A stretch of DNA of 63,270 bases, filler included, from Octopus bimaculoides (GCF_001194135.2; 7 parts of 6 records of this genome joined end to end with filler, not necessarily neighbours in it); one strand, 5' to 3'. Shown: positions 13,455-26,339, numbered from the whole stretch's first letter. The notes: generated by a model not told the origin, from the letters alone. A program made the numbers and translations.

Positions 13455-14586
13455 AGGTAGGAAAGAAGCAGATGAACTCTTTGAACGCACTTTCAGCATC
13501 AGTTTGATTTTGTAATTCCTTTTCACGCAAGAAACCATCAAGATTCTTCGAAAAGTGGTAGTCACTAGGAGAAAGGTCTGGAGAATAAGCTGGGTCGGGA
13601 AGAACTTTGTAGCCAAGTTCACTCAATTTCTGGAGAGAGCGCTATAAGTGAAACGTTTGGTCAAGCATTGTCATGAAGAATGATCGGCCCTCTTCTGTTA
13701 ACCAGTCTGGGACGGAGGAGTAAGCAGTGTTTCGTGGATTTTGACAATTTCATGGCAAAATGCCTCTTCAGTAATGATTTGTCAGGGTTTTAAGACGTTT
13801 TAGTGGATGAGTCCGGCAGTACATTAACAAACAATTGCTATAACATTCTTTTCGAAGAGCTCGTGTTTAGGGAAGGTTTTCAATGTTTCATGTTGTTCCG
13901 ACCGCTGCCAGGAATGTTTTTGATTATTGTACAAAATCCACTTTTCATCGAAAGTTACAATACGCTTGAGAAATGAATTGGTCTGGTTACGGAGAAGCGA
14001 CGTGCAAATTTCATATATGCGCATTTTCTGATTTTCATTCAAATCGTGTGGTACCAATTTGTCGAGCTTTTTTGATTTTCCAATCGCATTCAAATGGTTG
14101 CAGGCAGTTTTCTGGCTAACTTGAAGTTCTTTTTCCAGTTTTCGAGTAGTTTACGTGGATCTTTCTCAATGACGGTCTTTAATCGACCGTCATCGATGAC
14201 AGATGGGCGTCCACTACGCTCACGATCTTCAAGGCTCATGTCTTTACGGCAAAAGCATTTAAACCATTTTCGAACTCACCACTCACTGGTCATTTCCTCA
14301 TCAAATGTTTCGTTGATATCGCGAGTAATTTCAGCTGCGGTACGTCCTTTTTTTAAGTAGAATCGCAAAATTGCGTGAATATCGCGCTTTGACAATTCCA
14401 TTTCAGATGACTGTAACGACGCTGAAAAAAATTTCAAAGTTAATTTATTGATGCATTATGGCAGGGCTATGTCTTTAATATCAGACAATTGCAAAAAGAT
14501 GTTTGAAAAGGGTTCAAAACTCTGCAAAAACCTGGTATAAATTCCTCATGATTCAAACAGTTGCTTAATTTTTACTCACCTTGATA
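13455..14586 (-). mobile_element. Mariner transposon relic, near-complete transposase pseudogene
   Basis: MELSKRDIHAILRFY..KGRTAAEITRDINE; LVPHDLNENQKMR; IVTFDEKWILYNN; LLHDNA; AYSPDLSPSDYHFSKNLDGFLREK. All three catalytic aspartates are recognisable despite stops and frameshifts. A 5' TIR-like end lies at ~14560-14586. Confidence 0.92.
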
Positions 14587-14590
14587 CATA

Positions 14591-14627
<37 letters not shown>

Positions 14628-15610
14628 CACTAACCCTATATACACATACATGTATACACACATGCATACATACACACATACATACATACATACAAAGAAA
14701 AATAACCTGTTGTTGGTGTTGAAATTTCAATGAAGGAGCTTTGGATCTAGGTTAGATATTGGTTCTTTCTCTACTGGCGAGAAATCTTGAAATAAACTGA
14801 ATAATGACATACATAATTGTAAACACGCACACAAGTGTGTGTATGTGTGTGCTTGTGCGTCTGCGCGTGTGTGTGTGTGTGTATATATATCGTATATTAT
14901 ATGAATTTGTACATATGTGGCTACTTTTTCTCTTGCGCAGACTCCATCAAATATTTATTTGCAGTGTAAATATGTTTATGCTAGTAATCAATATTTCAAT
15001 AATGTGCACAACTGACATTCTGCTTAGTCGAACTGCATTGCAGAATTCATCTCAATCTAAACATTCATGCTATGAATTTACAAATGCTTTCTTGTTCGTT
15101 ACCCTACATTCAAGATGTTGCGACCTTAATCCTACTTCTAAAGCTTTCAAGTAATTATATGAAGACGACAGCAAAATTTAATTTTATCGAAGTAAACCTC
15201 GTGACAGTGTTGAAAGGCAGTGTCAAAAAGATTATAATGACATATAGATAAAAATTGAATTGAAATCATAGTCCCATATATTTAGTGTGCTAGTATTCAT
15301 GTGAGATCTGTGTGTGTTTGTTTGTGAGAGATGACTACACCATCACGCCAGTACTTATTTCTGCAGAGAAGACCGTATAAAGGTAAATACAAGGTAACAA
15401 CGGAATTTTCGTTTTAGAAATGGAGCCCTGATCACTATAATTGTAATCTCAGACACTCAGATATAACTATGCCAGCGCCTCAAGGCTGATATATATNNNN
15501 NNNNNNNNNNNNNNNNNNNNNNNNNNNNNNNNNNNNNNNNTTAATTAATTAANNNNNNNNNNNNNNNNNNNNNNNNNNNNNNNNNNNNNNNNNNNNATAT
15601 ATATAGATAA

Positions 15611-15641
<31 letters not shown>

Positions 15642-16120
15642 TGCAGGGCAGGGAATCGTCAATTAGTAATAAAATTAATAATTAACAATTTTGCCGGGTA
15701 GCTCAGTATGAAAAAACCTTTTCGGTAAAAAACATTTATAATCATAAATATATAGGGATTGACAGTAACCTGCTTCTCCAACATACTGAGAATTCAGAAA
15801 TAGCAGTCAAAGAACTACTGATTTCAAAACTACAAATTATTACTCCAGATTGATAGCGATATTTTTGATACACACAGAACAAAAAACAGTAGAGAAGAGT
15901 ATATATATACAGGGATGTTACACATCAGACACACGTACAAACAAACACACAGGCACACACACAGGCACACACACACACGCACACACACTATGTGTGTGTA
16001 GGCAAGTGTTTATTTATCTGTGTCCATATATGTGTGTACCTTGAATAGTCTGTATTTCACCTTGTTTATTTGTATGCCTATCAATATATTTATTATTTTT
16101 TTTCTTCGTGTATTTATCAG

Positions 16121-16318
16121 TCGGCCTTGAAGGATCAAACCAGTGATGCATCTCCCAAGGAGCCGTTATATTTTGTTGAAATACCAAAGACAATACAAAC
16201 TCAAGAAGAGTTGGATCAGAGGACAAGCGATAAGCTGATGACTCTGTGCCTGCTCACTTTGACTAATATCATATCCACCGAATTCCATTATGCTGAACAG
16301 TTGAGAAAGTTATACCAT
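16121..16318 (+). CDS. Exon of a divergent BCR/ABR-like DH-PH (RhoGEF-fold) gene: start of the DH domain
   Basis: Polypyrimidine tract and ATCAG acceptor, GTTAGT donor, 198 nt, phase 0-0. Encodes ...CLLTLTNIISTEFHYAEQLRKLYH, matching the Dbl-homology CR1 pattern (IxxTExxYxxxL). Confidence 0.8.
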
Positions 16319-16319
16319 G

Positions 16320-16340
16320 TTAGTAGTAGTAGTAGTAGTT

Positions 16341-16386
<46 letters not shown>

Positions 16387-16390
16387 TAGT
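16320..16390. repeat. (TAG)n microsatellite starting at the splice donor
   Basis: Directly visible. Confidence 0.9.
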
Positions 16391-16802
16391 AACAAGCTTT
16401 TGTATTTAAATTAATGAAGATAGCTATAATTATTTCGTATGTACTTGTGTTATCCTCTCAAGATATTTTCTTTGCTCTGAAAGCAAATCTTCCTCAAATC
16501 AAGCCGTTGTTTCAGCTTCAGAAAATGAAAGGTTGCAGTGGTTAAATGTAGTTCTTGATAAACTATGTCTCCATAAAAGACAGTACGGTCGCGATTGGGA
16601 ATCCTTGAACCAAAGGTCTTCCTTCTTGATCAGGGCCAACCTGGAGTTAAATACCAACCACTGCTACCACCAGCACCCCCACCACTGTAACCATCACCAT
16701 CATTACTACCAGAAAAACCTCTACAACCAATACCACTAATATCCCCCCCCCTACATACGTACACACATACGCTCACATTAACACACACGCGCACGCGCAC
16801 GC

Positions 16803-16840
<38 letters not shown>

Positions 16841-16913
16841 TATATATCCCGAAATACAATATGTTTCAACACATGCCTTCTCCTCAGGTATCTTACAACA
16901 CAAATTCATAAAC

Positions 16914-16914
<1 letters not shown>

Positions 16915-16990
<76 letters not shown>

Positions 16991-16992
16991 TA
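16915..16992. repeat. (TA)n microsatellite
   Basis: Directly visible. Confidence 0.95.
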
Positions 16993-17369
16993 TAATACAC
17001 TGATTTATTTTGAGATTGCTAAAATCAACAATATTCGCAAATATAATATAGAATGGAGTTGTAGTGCTCCAAGTGAGCTATATTCCGTTTAATAATCTGA
17101 ATGGAAGCAATGCAAGCGGAAACTAGAGGAACATAGTTAATAACTATACACACAATCAAATATATTCATATATTCTACATTTATAAAACTGGTATAAAAA
17201 TTCCAAATATATAAATATAAAAATACATATAAATAGATAAATATCGATATGATACATAAAACGCAGTAAATTTTAGATTTAAAAGTTACAATACATTGGT
17301 GTAATAAAAATGTGAGATGATAAAACATTAAAAGGACGTGCTAAAATACCACGTATGTATGTAGTTATA

Positions 17370-17371
<2 letters not shown>

Positions 17372-17455
<84 letters not shown>

Positions 17456-17460
17456 TGTGT
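17372..17460. repeat. (GT)n microsatellite
   Basis: Directly visible. Confidence 0.95.
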
Positions 17461-17539
17461 AGGAGTAAATGTAAGGATAAGCAAGTTAGGCAGGTCGTTA
17501 TACAAAGAATATTAAATACATTAACTACAAAAAGGTATA

Positions 17540-17820
17540 TATGTTTAGATAAAAAAAAAGGTTCGACTTACACAGAATAAAAGTGATATCAAGAGTTAAA
17601 GGGGTTGAAGAAGAGTTTTAAAAATCCAGCAGCTGTCTCTGGGGGTTCGGTGGTCCAAAATAATGATTGTAAATTGACTCCATCGTCGGATGATACGTAC
17701 CTCCGTCTTCAGGAAAGAAATCCTACATTTGAGGTGTTGATAGGAAGGAGATTAAAGATGGAATGATTTTGTGGAGAGCTAAGTGTGTTTGAGGAAGTAA
17801 TGGGGCGGCATATCAACATA
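17540..17820 (-). mobile_element. PLE terminal fragment homologous to 62560-62800, containing a hammerhead-like motif
   Basis: Its reverse complement aligns by eye to 62560-62800, including CCTGAAGACGGAGGT and CCCCCAGA(A/G)ACAGCTG(T/C)TGGATTT. Confidence 0.65.
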
Positions 17821-17889
17821 TGTACACACCAATATACACATAAGTATCTGTGAAAGAATAAGTGGTGTAAGAGAGAGAGAGAGAGGGGA

Positions 17890-17938
<49 letters not shown>

Positions 17939-18339
17939 GAGAGAGAAAAGTTGGGTATGTTCATTTAGTCTGAGGAGGAAAAAAACTACATAATTACATG
18001 GTGTTTCGGATATGTGTCTTTCTTCAAGGAGAGGGTAGAGAAAACATACATGTGTAAACACCTGCGAAGAAAACAATGAGAGAGGAGCTAAATATAAAGG
18101 GTGAATTGAGAAAGTGGGGTGAATGTTTGTTGCAATATCACGGTCTAGAAAAAGGAGATGTTTGTGAAGAGCGCTAATCCAAATGAATTTCCAACATAAG
18201 TTTATACTTTATTTGTTCTATGAAGTGCATAAGCTACGACACGTTTTCTGCTTTATCTGTTCGGTTTCATGAGATATTTAATGATTACAAATGTGTAAAA
18301 CTGTGAATAGCTACGGAGTGAATCATAAGCTATGACACA

Positions 18340-18761
<422 letters not shown>

Positions 18762-18991
18762 GCGTTGTTTAATGTCGAGCGAATGAGGAGAAACGGGTGC
18801 TAGTTATATGTTGTAGACGACAAGTTCTTTTTTATTAAAACCGAAGCCGAGAGTTTGTCTATGGGCTCGAATTTCCTGCCACGGTGACCTTAAGTTGTGA
18901 GATTTGCAGTGGCTTGAAATTTGTCTCGAGGCAAACCCTAAGCTTCACATACACCGTTTCCATGTTTTCATTCCGTTTCCATCTTCTCCAG

Positions 18992-19177
18992 TGCAGAACC
19001 TACTTCGCTAACAAACTTGAAGTGGGTGATTGTTTGTTCAATAAAGACGAGCTGGATACCTTGTTCTACCGACTCGATGACATCGTATTATCAGTAGAGT
19101 TATACCATATGAATTTATCGCGGCTTCTGAAAAAGTGGTCCCTCGACATCAGGCTTTCCTTAGCTTTTGAGGATACC
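18992..19177 (+). CDS. DH-domain exon of the BCR/ABR-like gene
   Basis: TTCTCCAG acceptor and GTAAGT donor, 186 nt, phase 0-0. Encodes CRTYFANKLEVGDCLFNKDELDTLFYRLDDIVLSVELYHMNLSRLLKKWSLDIRLSLAFEDT, resembling the DH helix pattern E(I/L)xxIFxxIxxIxxxHxxFxxxLxxxxxxW. Confidence 0.85.
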
Positions 19178-19509
19178 GTAAGTATCACTAAGTGTTCTTT
19201 TGTTCTAATTTATTTTTGGTTTAATCATTGGACTGCGACACTTCACTGAAGTACCTTATCTTAAATATGGTACTTATTGCATCACTCTCTTTTTCCGGAC
19301 TGCTGCTAAGTTAAGGAGATTTAATTAAACGAACACCGGTTGCCAAACGACGCAGGTACAAACTCAGGAATGCACTTACAGACGTATGTATGTATATTTC
19401 CACAGTGGAAATATACATACGGGTTTCCACAGTGTTTCGGTTTACCAATTTCACTCATTGGACTGGGGGGTGAACTCGAAATCACGTGGATCCGTCATTT
19501 ATAACTTAT

Positions 19510-19704
19510 CTTTATCCCATTACTCTTTTACTTGTTTCAGTCATTTGACTGCGGCCATACTGGAGCACCGCCTTTAGTCGAGAAAATCGACCCCAGTACA
19601 TATTCTATCGGTCTCTTTTGCCGAGCCACTAAGTTACGGGGACGTAAATACACCAGCATCGTTGTCAAGCGATGTTGGAGGGGGGGACAAGCACAGACAC
19701 ACAA

Positions 19705-19739
<35 letters not shown>

Positions 19740-19932
19740 ATACATATACATATATATATATATATACACAACGGGCTTTTTTTCAGTTTCCGTCTACCAA
19801 ATCCACTCACAAGGCTTTGGTCAGCCCGAGGCTATAATAGAAGACACTTGCCCAAGGTGCCACGCAGTGGGACTGAACCCGGAATCATGTGGTTGGTAAG
19901 CAAGCTACTTACCACACAGCCACTCCTGCGCC
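19510..19932 (-). mobile_element. tRNA-derived CORE-type SINE family B with an internal (TA/CA)n tract
   Basis: Minus strand head GGCGCAGGAGTGGCTGTGTGGTAAGTAGCTTGC..GGTTCAGTCCC, CORE-like GGCACCTTGGGCAAGTGTCTTC, and the same tail as the copies at 40800, 54560 and 63015. Confidence 0.85.
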
Positions 19933-20459
19933 TTGTATTACAATACAAATAAATTATATTATTTAAAGCCTTTATCCCAATCAGTGTGAATATTCATATC
20001 GCAAATTAACCATTTCGTGCAATACTTCTATTCGGCTGAGTTTACGAAAGGTACGTCGGTATCTTGTTTAATGCGTAACGCTAAACTGTGATATTTTCCT
20101 CCTAATCAGTATAACTTGGGAAAATACGTATCACATGTCCTGCTAAGAGTATAATAGTATCCCTGTAGACTTAAAACTTAAATTAACGTACAATCATGAC
20201 ATATACAAATCTAAATTTTGCTTTCAAAATTGGTGGGTTGAGTCGACCAGGGCTATTCCTGAAAATCATGGCTTATAACCAGGGATATACCCTATGAATA
20301 TCCTGTACTACTATTTCTGAAATATGCTTGGGCCCAAGGGTTTCGGATAAGAGATTGCGAAAGAAATAGATAATTGTTTGCCGGATTGCTTTGTTAAGGT
20401 TAATGTAGGGCTGAGAATTTAAGCATCTCTGTACTAGGATGTCTTTGTTGACGAGAACA

Positions 20460-20640
20460 ATTACCATCACAGTCACCACCACACGAATACTTTGTCAGTT
20501 TTACCACCAGCTCCACAATCAACACCACTATACGTACAGCTACCGCCACCAGTACGAGTGCCACTACGATCACTAGTGCTACTACCATCACAGACACTAC
20601 CACAGCCGCAGTCATTACTGCTTATACCTCCTACTATCAC
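20460..20640. repeat. Degenerate (CCA/CTA)n trinucleotide tract
   Basis: Imperfect triplet periodicity is visible. Confidence 0.7.
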
Positions 20641-20712
20641 TGCAAACATCGCACTCAAAAATGAAGAAATGTTTCGTCATAGGCAGGCGTTAGTTTCTTG
20701 ACTTTAACACAA

Positions 20713-21094
20713 AATGGCCCAGTGGTTAGGGCAGCGGACTCGCGGTCATAGGATCGCGGTTTCGATTCCCAGACCGGGCGTTGTGAGTGTTTATTGAGCG
20801 AAAACACCTAAAGCTCCACGAGGCTCCGGCAGGGGATGGTGGCGAACCCTGCTGTACTCTTCCACCACAACTTTCTCTCACTCTTACTTCCTGTTTCTGT
20901 TGTGCCTGTAATTCAAAGGGTCAGCCATGTCACACTCTGTGTCACGCTGAATATCCCCGAGAACTACGTTAAGGGTACACGTGTCTGTGGAGTGCTCAGC
21001 CACTTGCACGTTAATTTCACGAGTAGGCTGTTCCGTTGATCTGATCAACTGGAACCCTCGACGTCGTAAGCGACGGAGTGCCAACAACAACAAC
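20713..21094 (+). mobile_element. tRNA-derived SINE family C, near full length, (CAA)n tail
   Basis: A box TGGCCCAGTGG, B box GGTTTCGATTCC, and high identity to 55726-56103. Confidence 0.9.
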
Positions 21095-21482
21095 ATGTCC
21101 ATCAGCAGCAGCAGAAGCATTAGTAGTAGTAGTAGTAGCAGTAGCAGAAGCGTCACACCATTATTATCGTTGTTGTCATTGTGAACGTCGTCATCATCTG
21201 TATCATCATTACAATCTTCACCATTATTATCAGTGACAGTATCCATTTACTTAGTTATATCCTCGCATCACAACATTAAAAAAAAAAACACAGTAAAGTC
21301 CGTGCTGACTCCAATAATACCGAAACATATTTGGAGTTGTCGTTCGTACTTACCGAAATTTAAGATTCTCTAAGTAATACTGACTTTACTACAACACATA
21401 AGTATTTCTAATCAGAATCTTCACGCTCACTGCATTAATAATGTTTACTACATCAAATATTTGTACCCCTCAACATTTTCAG

Positions 21483-21590
21483 CTTAATTCTATGCCATTG
21501 TTCCACGACTGTGCCGACCATTTCAAGCAAGCCGAAAAAATAATTTTGGGAAAGGGGGGTGCCGACGTAGTAAACGATCTTGTCCGAGAG
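21483..21590 (+). CDS. DH-domain exon of the BCR/ABR-like gene
   Basis: TTTTCAG acceptor and GTAAGA donor, 108 nt, phase 0-0. Encodes LNSMPLFHDCADHFKQAEKIILGKGGADVVNDLVRE. Confidence 0.78.
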
Positions 21591-21967
21591 GTAAGATTTT
21601 CGTGTTTAATTGATAATTTTTGTTCGTTTTATCTTTCTTTTATCTTTTACCACAGCCAGCATAAAAAAAAAAAGAGTGGTTGAGAGTAATGAGGATGGTC
21701 CGAGCGGGAGGATCTATTCTGAGCTTGTGCCTGTAGACTGAAGAGAACGGATAGGAGACAGACGCTTTCATGTGGTGCCTTTAATGGTTGGAGTGATCCA
21801 AGATCTGTGGAGTTCCTTAGTTTCCTCTGGGCATACTCCCTCTATTAGGGAATTAGTTTTCTTGTTAATTGTAATTTTGTTATTTAGATGAGTATATGTG
21901 AAATGCCACTCTCTTTTGTGTATATTTTCCTATATACTTTTTTGGCTCTTGTAAGCAGTAAACAAAG

Positions 21968-22102
21968 AACTGGCAGAATAATTACCGCGTCGGACGAAAT
22001 GCTTACCGGCTTTTCTTCCGGTTATTTACGTTCGGAGTTCAAATTCCGTCTAGATCGACTTTGTCTTTCATCCTTTCGGAGTCGATAAAATAAGTACCAG
22101 TT
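21968..22102 (+). mobile_element. SINE family A fragment
   Basis: Degenerate match to the family A head and core. Confidence 0.75.
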
Positions 22103-22140
22103 ATTCACAGAGGCCAACAAGCTTATTATTATTATTATTA

Positions 22141-22467
22141 TTCAGTAGTTTTATTTTTATAGCGTGCTTTCACTTCACTACCGAGCGCAGCTCTGTGTGC
22201 CTTGGGTATGTGTTGTGGTTTTTTGTGATGCTCTTATGGTTATTGTATTGAAATATTATTATCATTATTATTTTTTTTTTTCAGTAGTTTTATTTTTATA
22301 ACGTGCTTTCACTTCACTACCGAGCGCAGCTCTGTGCGCCTTGGGTATGTGCTGTGGTTTGTTGTGATGCTTTTATGGTTACTGTATTGAAAGTGTTTTG
22401 CGTAGGATGTGTGCAGTGCCTAGTAGTGCTATTTTCTGTATATTATATGTATTTGTAAGTCCTGGTG
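22141..22467 (-). mobile_element. Two tandem 3' ends of an R4/Dong-like non-LTR retrotransposon within (TAA)n
   Basis: Minus strand encodes PGLTNTYNIQKIALLGTAHILRKTLSIQ*, the typical C-terminus of R4/Dong-type RLE elements. The 3' UTR is duplicated (22141-22253 and 22281-22392), each copy ends in a TAA-rich tail, and (TTA)n arrays flank the unit. Confidence 0.75.
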
Positions 22468-22469
<2 letters not shown>

Positions 22470-22547
<78 letters not shown>

Positions 22548-22548
22548 T
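22470..22548. repeat. (TTA)n microsatellite
   Basis: Directly visible. Confidence 0.95.
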
Positions 22549-22556
22549 ATCTCCAG

Positions 22557-22587
22557 GAAATGCCAAGCCTTGACATTCCATTTACAG
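22557..22587 (+). CDS. 31-nt micro-exon of the BCR/ABR-like gene
   Basis: CTCCAG acceptor and GTAAGT donor. Encodes EMPSLDIPFT plus 1 nt (phase 0-1), which is the phase required by the next exon. Confidence 0.72.
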
Positions 22588-22907
22588 GTAAGTCTTTATT
22601 TTGGTTTCTATGGAACTAAGAACATATTCTGGGGAATGAGTTATCTGTCAGGCCGATTACAATGTTTTAAGCCTGGCCAGAAACCAAATAATTTTGAAAA
22701 TGATATTCATAGAAGTCTTTTTTTTTTCTTGTGATAAAAAAAAGATCTAGAAACCAAATATATAAGACCAGATGAAATAACATAAGATCAGATGAGATAA
22801 CATGTTTAATTCTTCATTGACTGGGTAAATAATATGAATTAATTACAATAATTGATATAAGAACGATATTAATATATGCCGTTGGTTTTCCTAAATAATT
22901 ACATCAA

Positions 22908-23128
22908 CCCATTAGCACCTATGGTCCTTTGTTTAGGACCAGAAGGATAATCCATCATATTTCTGCAACACCTGTAGTTTTCTGAGATATCTTTAATTAG
23001 TCATCAAGACTGGAGTATCTTTCAAATATTGTAATAATTTTTTTTTTATATATTTAGTATCAGATAAAGTTGTATAAAAAAAGATTTTTGGTAATATATC
23101 AAATTTTAAAAAATGGGGCACTAATGGG
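22908..23128. mobile_element. Possible piggyBac-type MITE
   Basis: Imperfect TIRs CCCATTAG(CA)CC / GGGCACTAATGGG, flanked by TCAA on the left and TTAA on the right. Confidence 0.4.
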
Positions 23129-24216
23129 TTAAATTGTCTACGTAATAAGTCTTATTTTTCTGGTATTGTAGTCTTTGATTATCTCCAGGTCAGACCAAGC
23201 CGAGCAGATCTATGATGAATATCGTTTTTGTTGTTACTATAGCAATCTCCCTCTTAAGTACGGAACTTCAACCTAACCGCTTGTGAGTACTTAGCCGGTA
23301 GGTACGTCCATAGCAACAGCGGTAGCAAATCAGTTGCCCGAATGTGTGTGCAGCCAATCACAGTAAAGCTCACGTGTGCACACGGTTTTAGATCATATTT
23401 GTCATCTTTCCTGGCAGTTTTCTCCATGATGTCAAGCAAAAGAAAGGGGAAGCGTTTGAATGAAAGAGGAAGCGTTGTCGTAGAATAAATTGTTGATAAA
23501 CTTGAGCCTGAGATTCATGAAGATTTTACGTGTACTTATCTGGGTTTCCTATTTAAGCGGGTGCGTACTTGACCGAGATGTTACTGTATATCACTCTTCA
23601 TGTTCTTTGTAAAGGAGCTAGGATGTAATTTAGTGAAGGTGTTTTGCTTAGTGATTAGGGCGTTCGGTTTATGATCGTAAAGTCGTGAAATTGATTTTTG
23701 ACCACAAGGTACGTAGTGTTCTTGAACAAGACACTTCAGTTCACGTTGTCCCATTCTACTTCGCTGTAAATTAGCACTGGCCAGGGTGTTGGTGCAGTCC
23801 TCTCTCCCTTTTCAGCTGTTCCGCTGTGTCAAGGACCAGAAAAATGAGAAGGTATCCGTATCTGATCGCGACTACACAGGCACTTAAAACAATTAGTGAA
23901 AGCATGGTGCATCTTACAAAGCTATACTGTTCGCGCGTGGTGGTTTTCTGTAATGTACGTAGGATCTTTTATGATGGAGATTTAAATTCTATTTCTAGAT
24001 GACCGTGCGATGTCATTGAAGCTCTTCCTTTTGGTTCTGCACACCCATATTATAGACAGTAGGGAATCATATCTTTTAGCGACATCATAAACTTCATGCA
24101 AAAGCGTTTGTGGAGTCATGCATGCTATTTAACAAAATCACATGCATAATTATTGATTTCCTTTCTGTAGATGATATTCATATCAATTAGAAGACATTAC
24201 TAGATTTTGACAAAAC

Positions 24217-25409
24217 TGTTATAATGTAGATCCTCGTCCACTTGTATGTTGCCGTCGGCACGGTAATATTCTTATCGCCACTATTATGTTGTGGCGGTAT
24301 TCCGCGTCTTATCATCTTTGACTCATCTATCGTGCTATCGTTACTAGTTCCGCAAGACAATGACCTTGAAACATCTACCTTGACTCGTTCAAAATACAGT
24401 TAGACACGACTTGTGTCTAATTGCATTTTGACACTAGTAGCTTCGATTCTCACCTTGATGAATTTTCTCTTCGTTATACTAACTTTTTTCTCTGATGACA
24501 AACTATTTTTTCTCGTTTGGTCCAATTTTTCGTCATTGCAATTTCATGTGTCCTGTGTTCCAACATAAAAAAAAAAACGCTTCACTTTTTCGAAAGGACT
24601 GTCTTTCCTCAGGTGCCTACAACCACATGCCATACATAGCTTTATCTCCTAGTATATATCCGTCCTTATCCGCCTTCCGACTCTTCTACACTGGTTTTAT
24701 CTGTAAACAGTCTCTGCGTTAGATTTCTTGTGTCTTGCCTTACTTTTAATATCATATCGCACTCTTCTGGCAGTTTCTGGGGAGTTATATCCTGGTTCAT
24801 TTCCAGCTTTGCGAGAATTTTCGTTCTGCGTTCTTTTCAACAGTAACTCCCTGAGCAAAAACCAGGCGCTTGAACGAGTATGGAGTTAGTTTATCTAGTC
24901 TAAATCTTTCGCACTCTCTGTTCACTCTACCCGCTTATATGGTAAAAAGTATTCGTCATCGCTTTTCTCAGTGTTCAAACACTTCCAATGTGTGCTGACC
25001 AACGATGCTTTTTCACTAAATACCCTACTTAAAATGTCAATTGTGTCCGTAAAATTTATGTCAGAAACTTTTTTAGGCAATATAAAAGTATTTCTCATGC
25101 TCTATCGTCGCCAGTTTCCTTAGAATTAGACGCGTTTTTATTTCGTCCGTCCAATCTTGACATTTTTTTTTCGAAAATTTGCTCAATCTTAGGTAATATG
25201 CCTCGGAAGTGATTCTTTCATCCGGGTCGTATTTAAATTCAATTAATAAATTTGCTACATGGTCTAGCGAAAACGTATTCTTCGCTTTTGTTACCAACTT
25301 CATTAGTTGTAACATTTGTTGTTGTTCTTGAGTGAGTTGTTGTCATACTGTTTTTGCAACTCAACTAAACCCTCTAACAAGTTTTCCATAATTTTACGGA
25401 TTTTTCGTA

Positions 25410-25452
<43 letters not shown>

Positions 25453-25883
25453 TATATATATATATAACTAAAATGTTTGTTACTCCTCCGTCGAGTTTTT
25501 AATTTTTCGACGTGAGAAAATTTTGCAACGTCGTCTGCGTGAATTGTTTATATCCTCGTCGCCATTATTATAATGTAGAGCCTCGTCTACTTCTATGTTG
25601 TCCTCGGCACTGTAATATTCTTATCACCACTATTATGTTGTGGAGGTATTCTGAATCTTATTATCTTTGACTCGTCTATCGTGTTATCGCTGATAGTTCC
25701 GTAAGACAACGACTTTGTAACGTCTACCTTGACGGTAACTCGAACTCGTATATATCACGTAACTAACACTGATTCCAGCTGAGAACTCGTACAACGACTC
25801 TACTACTACTGAACTCCTTCAACGACTGCCTGTCACGTGGGAAAGAGTGTACCATTTTTACTACAACAAAAACACTAATAACA
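24217..25883 (-). mobile_element. Internally deleted Gypsy/Ty3 LTR retrotransposon (gag plus start of protease; no RT or integrase)
   Basis: 5' LTR 25566-25883 with TGTTAT..ATAA(C/T)A ends; PBS TGGCGACGAGG at 25551-25564; gag FSLDHVANLLIEFKYDPDERITSEAY..RLILRKLATIEHEKY..GRVNRECERFRL; CCHC remnants; protease start KMQLDTS. Only part of the 3' LTR remains (24217-24384). Confidence 0.88.
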
Positions 25884-26028
25884 CCAAATGAATTAACGAA
25901 AAGATTAATAAATAACATTGCACATATTAATTGGAAAAGGACAATGAACGAAATCGCATTTTTTTTTTTTAATTTTGGAATCTTGTGGCAAATTTGTAAT
26001 ATTCATTTTATCTATTTTTATCTTGTAG

Positions 26029-26081
26029 ATTTAATTCAATTTCCTATAACCATGAGAAGTAGAATTATTTACGGCCTAAAG
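26029..26081 (+). CDS. DH-domain exon (CR3 region) of the BCR/ABR-like gene
   Basis: Long pyrimidine tract with TTGTAG acceptor, GTCAGT donor, 53 nt, phase 1-0. Encodes (D)LIQFPITMRSRIIYGLK, occupying the LLxxPVQRxxxYxLLL position. Confidence 0.72.
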
Positions 26082-26339
26082 GTCAGTTATTCATACATCA
26101 TGTATTCATAATTTTAACTGAAGATCACACAATGTAGTCGATGAAACGCTACAGCGAGTCTGAAACGTTCAGTTTCAAATCTCACCTGTAACGGGATTTT
26201 GCTGCATTTCACTTTAAATATTCGATAAATTATGTGGTGTCTGTCAAGTACTGGAGTCAATATAACCAATTAAATCTTTTCTTAAAGCTTTTCTTAAACT
26301 TACAGCATATTACAATATGTCCTTGCTCATATCAATTTT

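Noticed and set aside
20713-20780. tRNA genes at SINE heads (also at 53708 and 55726)
   Set aside because: A and B boxes are present, but they continue into SINE bodies with tails and TSDs and lack a complete acceptor stem.
26118-26175. CTGAAGA..GAAAC as a hammerhead
   Set aside because: Stems I and II cannot form in the correct register, and no GUH is correctly placed.
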